A stretch of 32,000 bases of DNA from positions 900,001-932,000 of the forward strand of contig NC_018655.1 of assembly GCF_000299365.1 (NCBI RefSeq). Reading direction: 5' to 3'. The position numbers and the translations under genes were made by a program. Positions 25,458-32,000 of the stretch are shown here, one piece after another; the first letter of the stretch is position 1; every line of letters starts with the position of its first letter. Origin of the DNA: Candidatus Nitrosopumilus koreensis AR1 (GTDB taxonomy: Archaea; Thermoproteota; Nitrososphaeria; Nitrososphaerales; Nitrosopumilaceae). The notes under the pieces were generated by a model. That model was not told the origin of the DNA, made no database searches, and saw only the letters and a program-made list of their open reading frames with translations.

Positions 25458-27569
25458 TTATTTCAAATTTTGTTCTGCAGATGCAGATGCCACAGGAGTA
25501 GCATTAACTGGATCAACTGTTACTTTTACGGTATCAGTATCTTGTCTGCCGTTATTATCAAATACCTTTAACTCAAACACTAGAACCTTAATTTCACCAT
25601 TTGCAACTGTAGGAGTAGTAAATATAGGAGTAACACTAGACTTTGAGGACAGCGTCACTGCCTCACCTGCTATTTGAGTCCAAGAATATGATAAAGGTTG
25701 GTTTTCAGGATCATGGCTACCACGTCCATCAAGAGAGACTTGGATTTTTTCATTTACTATCATATCATTGCCAGCATCAGCAACAATATCCAGATTAAGA
25801 GTATTCCTTACAGTCAAAGTAAGACTATCAGAAGCACTGAGAGTACCATCACTAACAGTACAAGTCAAGATAATTTTAGAATCACCTACAACATTTGGAG
25901 TTTTCACTAAAGTATTTCCACTTGAAGGTTCAGTGAAAACAACATTAGATGAAGAAGACCAAGAAAATGTGAGTGCGTCACCATCAGGATCAGTTCCACT
26001 ACACATTATGTTTACCAAAGTATTTTCATCAACAGTTCTATCATCACTTACAGTTGCTGTAGGTGCACTGTTTTCAGGAGATACAAACACTACAACCTGA
26101 TCAAAAGCTTTTTGATCAGCAGTGTCAGTAACTGTTAGTTGGAAAGACAAACGTTTGGATTCAGAAGGCATTACTTCAGGAGCAACAAAGCTTAGAGTTT
26201 TACCAGATTTATCAAAAGTCACAAGGTCTCCAGACAATTGTTTCCATGAGAAGGTTAGAGGATCACCGTCTGCATCAGAACCAGAGCCAATTATAGTAAC
26301 AGGGCTACCACTTACAACACGTCTGTCAGGACCAGCTGAAGCATTTGGAGGAGAATTCCTGTTAGTGACGACAATGTTTACATCATCAGAATCAGAATTA
26401 CCATGAACATCAGTTACAGTAAGCTCAAAGACTAAAGTTTCAGAGTCAGAACTAATTTGAGGAGAGAAGAAATAGATCGAAAATGATGCTCTTTCATAGA
26501 ATTTCACCACAGGTCCAGATTTTTGGCTCCAAGAATATCTTATGCTATCACCATCAGGATCAGTTCCAGTTCCCAATAATTTTACAAGAACATTTTCAGG
26601 TACGTTTTGATTAGGTCCTGCATCAGCAATTGGGGAACCATTGGAAGGAAGTACTTTAACCATTGCCAAAGCATTTGCATATCCGTTTCCAGGTGAATAA
26701 CCAGTTACTTGGAAGGAAAGTAGTTTTTCAGTGTCTCCAACTTGAGGTGCAATAAATTCTACTTCGGGACCAATAAAAGAGCTAATAGATGCAGAAGGTC
26801 CTAACAACTGAACCCAAGAAAATCTAATGTCTGATCCATCTACTGTTTGGCCTGTAGCAGTGAGAGTCACCCTTTCACCTTCATAAACAGTTTGCAGGGG
26901 TCCAGCATCAACAGTGATTCGTCTGTTGTCAATAAGATTTGAAAACAAGTACACATTTACACTATCTGTTGCAGTACCACCAAATCCGTCATCAACAGTT
27001 ACTTGAAATGACAAAGGTTCAAAATCAGAAAAATCAAGATAAATGGGCTGGAATGTAATATGTTTATTGTCGGTGTATACAAGTTCTACTTCTTGTCCAC
27101 CAGTTTGTTTCCACTGATAAGTTAGTACATCACCATCAGGATCATGTGCTGAAGGAAAGATACTCATTACATGAACACCAGGCAATGCAACTTTATCACG
27201 TCCAGCATCAACTTGAGGTGCATGGTTTACAGGATTAACAACTACTTCAACAATATCAGAATGACTTGCCCCAATAGGGTCAGTAACTGTCAATTCAAAA
27301 GTTAAAACCTTAATTTCACCATTTGCAACTGTAGGAGCCATAAATGTGGGTTCAGGAATAGAATAAGAAGAAAGAACTACAGGTTCGCCATAGATTTGAA
27401 CCCATTTAAAGACAAGTTTATCATGATCAGCATCAAATCCTTCGCCAAGTAAGGTCACCATCTTATTTTCAACAACATCAATAGATTCTATCTGTTGAGC
27501 AAATGAATCAGAAACTCCAATTACAACAAACAAAGATAATACTAAAGGTAATAGAAAAAAACCATTCAT
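25458..27569 (-). CDS. Secreted PKD/cadherin-like repeat protein
   Basis: Signal peptide FFLLPLVLSLFVVIGVSDSFAQQ and 7 repeats of the NxxPxAxAGxDxxVxEGxxVxLxGxGxDPDGDxLxYxWxQxxG...LxFxLTVTDxxGxxxxDxVxVxV type. Confidence 0.87.
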   Translation of the reverse strand: MNGFFLLPLVLSLFVVIGVSDSFAQQIESIDVVENKMVTLLGEGFDADHDKLVFKWVQIYGEPVVLSSYSIPEPTFMAPTVANGEIKVLTFELTVTDPIGASHSDIVEVVVNPVNHAPQVDAGRDKVALPGVHVMSIFPSAHDPDGDVLTYQWKQTGGQEVELVYTDNKHITFQPIYLDFSDFEPLSFQVTVDDGFGGTATDSVNVYLFSNLIDNRRITVDAGPLQTVYEGERVTLTATGQTVDGSDIRFSWVQLLGPSASISSFIGPEVEFIAPQVGDTEKLLSFQVTGYSPGNGYANALAMVKVLPSNGSPIADAGPNQNVPENVLVKLLGTGTDPDGDSIRYSWSQKSGPVVKFYERASFSIYFFSPQISSDSETLVFELTVTDVHGNSDSDDVNIVVTNRNSPPNASAGPDRRVVSGSPVTIIGSGSDADGDPLTFSWKQLSGDLVTFDKSGKTLSFVAPEVMPSESKRLSFQLTVTDTADQKAFDQVVVFVSPENSAPTATVSDDRTVDENTLVNIMCSGTDPDGDALTFSWSSSSNVVFTEPSSGNTLVKTPNVVGDSKIILTCTVSDGTLSASDSLTLTVRNTLNLDIVADAGNDMIVNEKIQVSLDGRGSHDPENQPLSYSWTQIAGEAVTLSSKSSVTPIFTTPTVANGEIKVLVFELKVFDNNGRQDTDTVKVTVDPVNATPVASASAEQNLK

Positions 27570-27693
27570 TATAAATTAGTTATCGTTATCATATAAAACC
27601 ATGATCGTGGAAATTCAACGAAAGTATATTATGTACTAGAAACATGGCTCAGATTTTTTTAAACAATGTTTAACGCGTTAAAAGAATACAAAA

Positions 27694-29073
27694 TTAGATA
27701 GGTTTTCCCCTATATTGATAATCAATGACTTTGTGAAATAAATTGTGAGAGGCAATCACAGTTAGCATTACCGCAATCATTCCAATAAAATTTCTTACCA
27801 TTACCAATTCGTTTAAAGTATTTTCAATGTTTGGGATTTCAAAAAACACATAGTAACTGTCAATCATCCAGAATACCAAAGTTACCCACGACGAGAATCC
27901 GGCAATCAAGTAACCTAAACGAGTTTTATTATGAATTAGAATTATTGAAGAAAATATCGCAATATACCAAAACGAAGAGCCCATTAGCCATAAAGGCTGA
28001 TAAACATCAGATCTATTATCCAGCCAATAGTAGCTTGAACCAACAACAGCTAATGTAAAAAGAGAAACTTGAATTAGCATTTGGTTTATTTTGAAACCTG
28101 TTTTTTCTTCTTTTTGTTCCATTTCAGGAGGATCTAATTCCATCTCTTTTGTTGCAATATCAATTGCTTCATGAACGGACTTTAGACGCACAGGTATGAT
28201 TTTTTTTATTGAATCATCAGTTACAACAGTATCATGAACTAAACTATCAATCAAAGGTCTTGCAAGCGATGCTTTGACAGGAGTAATAAGATCAACCCAG
28301 TAAGAAGACAACCTAGTTGTTAAAAATGGAATATGCAGTACAAACAGATTTTTGTTGATATATGTTGAATACACACGCATTAATTCTTCATAAGTCATTT
28401 TGTCAGGCCCTCCTATCTCAAAGATCTTTCCTACTGTTTCAGGTTTTGAAAGAGATTCAGCCAAATAGTAAATCACATCATCTACTGCAATTGGTTGAGC
28501 TAACGATTTTACCCAAGAAGGGCACACCATAATTCTTAATCTTTCAACAAGATAACGAAGCATCGCATATGAACCACCCTTTGCACCAATAATTATAGAA
28601 GCCCTAAACTCAGTTACAGGAATATTTCCGGATGCAAGTATTTCTCCAACCTCCTTTCTACTACGCATGTGTGGAGAAAGTTCTAAACTATCATTTACTA
28701 ATCCACCAAGGTAAATAATTCTCTTAACTCCCGATTCCGTTGCAGATCTAAGAAAGTTTTGAGCTTGAATTTTTTCTCTTGTAACAAATTCTAGCCAATT
28801 ACCTTTATCACCTTCCATTGAATGAAGTAAATAAAATGCAGTATCAATTCCAGACATTGCATTTTTTAATTCATCAAATTTGAAAACATCTGCCTGAACA
28901 TATTTTATTTTTTCACTATCAGGTAATTGTTTTCTAGTTAATCCTTTTACAGAATATCCTAAAGAAGACAATAATGAAATCAATCTAGAGCCAATAAAAC
29001 CAGTTGCCCCCGTAACTAATATGGAGAAAGGCCTGGAACTATATGCATTATTTATTGAAAGTGTTTCTTTCAT
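27694..29073 (-). CDS. NAD(P)-binding SDR/epimerase-like domain fused to C-terminal membrane domain
   Basis: SILVTGATGFIGSRLISLLSSLGYSVKGLTR; from about residue 345 several hydrophobic helices (MLIQVSLFTLAVVGSSYYWL, FWYIAIFSSIILI, LGYLIAGFSSWVTLVFWMI, FIGMIAVMLTVIA). Confidence 0.86.
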   Translation of the reverse strand: MKETLSINNAYSSRPFSILVTGATGFIGSRLISLLSSLGYSVKGLTRKQLPDSEKIKYVQADVFKFDELKNAMSGIDTAFYLLHSMEGDKGNWLEFVTREKIQAQNFLRSATESGVKRIIYLGGLVNDSLELSPHMRSRKEVGEILASGNIPVTEFRASIIIGAKGGSYAMLRYLVERLRIMVCPSWVKSLAQPIAVDDVIYYLAESLSKPETVGKIFEIGGPDKMTYEELMRVYSTYINKNLFVLHIPFLTTRLSSYWVDLITPVKASLARPLIDSLVHDTVVTDDSIKKIIPVRLKSVHEAIDIATKEMELDPPEMEQKEEKTGFKINQMLIQVSLFTLAVVGSSYYWLDNRSDVYQPLWLMGSSFWYIAIFSSIILIHNKTRLGYLIAGFSSWVTLVFWMIDSYYVFFEIPNIENTLNELVMVRNFIGMIAVMLTVIASHNLFHKVIDYQYRGKPI

Positions 29074-29110
29074 TCATTCATACACCAACAGATGTTTTTT
29101 TTTTGTTTGA

Positions 29111-29149
29111 GACTATTTAACTAGTGATAATAATAAATTCTAGTGATAA
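29111..29149 (-). promoter_or_regulatory. Putative operator pair + TATA-like element for the SDR-membrane fusion gene
   Basis: Minus-strand reading TTATCACTAG-N9-TTATCACTAG-TTAAATAGTC. Confidence 0.6.
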
Positions 29150-29212
29150 ATCAATGAGATTTTTTCTTAATTTAGGAACAAATTTGAAGCATGTTTCTCT
29201 AAAAGTGAAATA

Positions 29213-29251
29213 TTAGCACTAGAAATTTGGGTTAGCATTAGTTATATAATA
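29213..29251 (+). promoter_or_regulatory. Putative operator pair + TATA for the CarH-like B12 gene
   Basis: TTAGCACTAG-N9-TTAGCATTAG-TTATATAATA, TATA 27 nt before ATG. Confidence 0.65.
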
Positions 29252-29268
29252 TAGCATTAAAAAAAAGC

Positions 29269-30111
29269 ATGGTCTACATACGAGCTAAAAAGGTCAAATC
29301 AGATCAGTATCTGTATTTAGTCAAAAGCGTATGGGATTCAAAAAAAAGTACATCAAAACAAGAAATCATAAAATATCTAGGAAAGGCATCTGAGGTCGTT
29401 AAAGATGACATTCCAATAGATTATAGAAACGACCCTAAGGTGTTATCAGTTTTAGCATCTTACAATCCAAAAGATATCAAAAAAAGAGAGGACGCAACAA
29501 AAAAATCAAAACAGCAATTATACAAAAAATTAACAGAAGGAAATATTCAAGACTCGATAAAAATTTATGAAGAATATACAAAAATATTCAACATACCAGA
29601 TTTTTTTGACAGAATTTTAAAACCAATAATGTGTAGGATTGGAGACGAGTGGGAAACAGGGAAAATCAGCATAGCAACTGAGCATGTTGCAAGTAACGTT
29701 GCACAAACACTAGTAAAAATAATCATGGAACAAGTTACAGGTTCTGCAAGCAAGAAAAAAATTCTCATTTGTGTTCCAATAGGTGAAGAGCATCATCTTG
29801 GGTGTGATGTTTTAGAAACATACCTGTCCATAAAAGGATTCAAAATATACAATATGAGAACTTCAATGCCAACTGAATCAATACTGGGTTTTATAGATAA
29901 CAACAATCCAGACGTGGTCTTAGTGTCAATTACATTGGAAGATAATCTTTTAGCAGGACAAAGACTAGTTAAAAAAATCAAGGACCATGCAGATATACCA
30001 GTATTAATCGGAGGATATGCACTGCAAGCAAGGAAAATTCCAAAGTTTTTAGGAGATGTGATTCCAGATTGTGGTCTTGAAGAACTTCCAAAAATTTTAA
30101 GAAGAAACTAA
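29269..30111 (+). CDS. B12-binding protein with CarH-like Wx9EH four-helix module and short N-terminal YLYLVKSVWDxxK module
   Basis: FDRILKPIMCRIGDEWETGKISIATEHVAS (Wx9EH), VPIGEEHHLGCDVLETYLSIKGF (ExHxxG), VSITLEDN, IGGYA. Confidence 0.85.
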   Translation: MVYIRAKKVKSDQYLYLVKSVWDSKKSTSKQEIIKYLGKASEVVKDDIPIDYRNDPKVLSVLASYNPKDIKKREDATKKSKQQLYKKLTEGNIQDSIKIYEEYTKIFNIPDFFDRILKPIMCRIGDEWETGKISIATEHVASNVAQTLVKIIMEQVTGSASKKKILICVPIGEEHHLGCDVLETYLSIKGFKIYNMRTSMPTESILGFIDNNNPDVVLVSITLEDNLLAGQRLVKKIKDHADIPVLIGGYALQARKIPKFLGDVIPDCGLEELPKILRRN

Positions 30112-30171
30112 CATTGCTTTTATTTAGAATCATAGTCACGAAGACTTGTTTATCACGATTTTATGGAAAAA

Positions 30172-30210
30172 TTAGCACTAGATAAAATAATTATTTTGTT
30201 TTAAATAATT
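30172..30210 (+). promoter_or_regulatory. Putative operator + TATA-like element for the 60-aa zinc protein gene
   Basis: TTAGCACTAG-N9-TTATTTTGTT-TTAAATAATT (second half-site degraded). Confidence 0.42.
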
Positions 30211-30271
30211 TTGAACATCAATTTATTCATAGTATGTGTTTTGATATCAAAAAAAGTCGGAGGAGAAATTA

Positions 30272-30454
30272 ATGGGTAGAACGTGTAGAGGTATTTGCGA
30301 AATGCACAAAGCAGAACCTGCACCAAATAAAATCAGATATGAAATAGGTCAGAAAAGGTGCACGTTTTGTGGAATATTCTTAGCAATAAACGATCCAAGA
30401 TGTATTTGTTGCAAAGCTGTATTGAGAACAAATCCAAGAAGTAAGAAAAGATGA
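30272..30454 (+). CDS. 60-aa cysteine-rich putative zinc-binding protein
   Basis: MGRTCRGICEMHKAEP...KRCTFCGIFLAINDPRCICCKAVLRTNPRSKKR; GGAGGAG upstream of ATG. Confidence 0.82.
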   Translation: MGRTCRGICEMHKAEPAPNKIRYEIGQKRCTFCGIFLAINDPRCICCKAVLRTNPRSKKR

Positions 30455-31666
30455 TTATTTTTTTGCAGCACTGACTAGAGACACAACATCTCTATCTCTT
30501 AGTTGATAGTCAACAGGTAGTCTAAGATTATATCTCAAATCTTTGCCATAAAGCAATCCTTTTGTCAAGTCAGTATGAATCTCCTTTGCAAGATCATTAA
30601 TTGTTGCCCCATCTTTAAGTAAAATCAAGTCAGGTAGAATCCGTCCTTTTTTATCAGCAAGTTTTGTTTCATCAGCAACGGGATATATTGAATTCATTTT
30701 AAGCAGTTTGAAGACGGCAACATTGATTGCAAATTGAACACCTGTACGCATGTATTCGCCCATGATTCCCTTTTTGATAAAATTCAAAGCGTTGATTTGC
30801 TTTTCATTTAATTCATCAGATTTTAGTATCTCAAATTGTTCAGAGCCAGGAGAATATTTTATCAATCCCTTTTGTTCAGCACGTCGAAGACTAAACTCAC
30901 TATCACCACTTACAGGTATCACAATCGAGTCATTGTAACGTTCTCTCAGCCTAACAAAATTTTTGTCTGCCCCTTCAACATCTATTTTATTTGCAACAAT
31001 CAAAGTAGGTTTTGAAATTTTTCTCAGATAAGACGCAAATTTTTTACTATCAACCATGTCAAACTCATTAAAATTTTTTTCTTCAAGACCAGTTGCAACA
31101 AGAGATTCTTTCACATGAGATTTTTTTACACCTATCCCACGATAAAGATCAGTAACAGCATCAACGAATTCTGAACCAGAATTAATTAATTTTGAAATTT
31201 TTTCACGATTTCCTTCAAGAATTTTATGATACCACATGATTAATTCTTCTTCAATGTCCGCAAAATCAGAAATAGGATCGCCAGTACCAACCTCGGTAAT
31301 CTTTCCAGTAGAATCAACACCACCAGAAGCATCTACGACATGTAACAACGCATCAGATTGAGCGGCAATAGAAAGAAATTGATTTCCCAGTCCTTTTCCT
31401 TTCCATGCATCTTTGATTAATCCAGGAAGATCAATTAACTCAATTGGAATATATCTCCAGCCATCAACACATTTAGAATTATTTGGATTGTCTTGGATTT
31501 TAAATTCAGGATGAACACAAAGAGTAATTGCATTTGCCACACCAGATACAGGGGATTTTGTTGTAAATGGATATGATGAAATTTCTTCAGAAGACAATGT
31601 TGCAGAATTAAAGAAAGTTGTCTTACCAGTATTGGTTTTACCGATTAGTCCAAGTTTGATTGGCAT
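30455..31666 (-). CDS. Archaeal YchF-like OBG-family GTPase with TGS domain
   Basis: KLGLIGKTNTGKTTFFNSATLSSEEISSYPFTTKSP, IELIDLPGLIKDAWKGKGLGNQFL, IVANKIDV, C-terminal TGS region. Confidence 0.93.
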   Translation of the reverse strand: MPIKLGLIGKTNTGKTTFFNSATLSSEEISSYPFTTKSPVSGVANAITLCVHPEFKIQDNPNNSKCVDGWRYIPIELIDLPGLIKDAWKGKGLGNQFLSIAAQSDALLHVVDASGGVDSTGKITEVGTGDPISDFADIEEELIMWYHKILEGNREKISKLINSGSEFVDAVTDLYRGIGVKKSHVKESLVATGLEEKNFNEFDMVDSKKFASYLRKISKPTLIVANKIDVEGADKNFVRLRERYNDSIVIPVSGDSEFSLRRAEQKGLIKYSPGSEQFEILKSDELNEKQINALNFIKKGIMGEYMRTGVQFAINVAVFKLLKMNSIYPVADETKLADKKGRILPDLILLKDGATINDLAKEIHTDLTKGLLYGKDLRYNLRLPVDYQLRDRDVVSLVSAAKK

Positions 31667-31700
31667 ACAATAATTTTCATTTGTGAATATTTATCTCTGC

Positions 31701-32000
31701 CTAGGAATGATCATTGTTTTTGTTTTTAATTTTTTCAAGGGTCTGAGTTAGTTCTTTAATTGCCCATTCAATATCAGATAAATCCTCATTAGAAAGAGAG
31801 TCCTTCCATTTTTCTAAAACACTAGTTGCAATTTCTGAACAATTATACAATAAATTCCAGTAAGGATGATGTTCTGCAGTAGTGTAGGATAATTCAGTTA
31901 CATCGATTAAACCGTTTTTTGCTCTTGCCAAAGAGGTAATTTTTTCTCCAAATATTTTGATAATATCATTTTCAAGATCTGTTTCAATTTTTAATGGAGT
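31701..32000 (-). CDS. Conserved hypothetical protein, 5' end beyond window
   Basis: Frame is open from the TTG called in the track (31931) to base 32000: TPLKIETDLENDIIKIFGEKITSLARAKNGLIDVTELSYTTAEHHPYWNLLYN... Confidence 0.6.
   Translation of the reverse strand, partial: TPLKIETDLENDIIKIFGEKITSLARAKNGLIDVTELSYTTAEHHPYWNLLYNCSEIATSVLEKWKDSLSNEDLSDIEWAIKELTQTLEKIKNKNNDHS

Noticed and set aside
1-32000. CRISPR arrays, tRNA/rRNA genes, transposons, prophage
   Set aside because: No regularly spaced repeats, tRNA cloverleaf or rRNA sequence, transposase or phage structural genes were recognised by reading the window; an automated tRNAscan/CRISPR search would be needed to exclude weak cases.

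Overview
AT-rich archaeal window with the gene content and style of a Nitrosopumilus-like ammonia-oxidising thaumarchaeon (inference from protein families). It is mostly housekeeping: M1 aminopeptidase (cut by the window edge), B12-binding mutase small subunit, ilvC, nadM, a 2433-aa surface protein with about 8 Ig-like repeats, a SelB/EF1A-like protein with a degenerate G domain, an alpha/beta hydrolase, metG, ahcY, a Rieske ferredoxin, nadE, cysS, a T4 endoV-type pyrimidine-dimer glycosylase, MscS + DUF432-like, a DUF1722 protein, NreA with a PIP box, a BtuF-like protein, a PKD-type repeat protein, an SDR-membrane fusion, a CarH-like B12-binding protein and a YchF-like GTPase. The main discovery candidate is a repeated promoter architecture: 10-bp TTRNCACTAG (reverse complement CTAGTGNYAA), 9 bp, a second exact or degraded 10-mer, then an abutting TATA-like element. 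It precedes six genes (starts at 18977-, 19385-, 22479-, 29073-, 29269+, 30272+). They include the pyrimidine-dimer glycosylase and the B12-binding protein with a Wx9EH motif like light-sensing CarH, so a light/UV/B12-linked regulon is worth testing. Other signals: a +1 frameshift at an A7 run in the DUF432-like gene, two unlisted tiny zinc-ribbon ORFs (39 and 33 aa), a perfect 55-bp in-frame duplication of a WVKNNAGWWADG module, and the NreA PIP-box end overlapping the antisense end of the DUF1722 gene. No rRNA, tRNA, CRISPR array or transposon was recognised.
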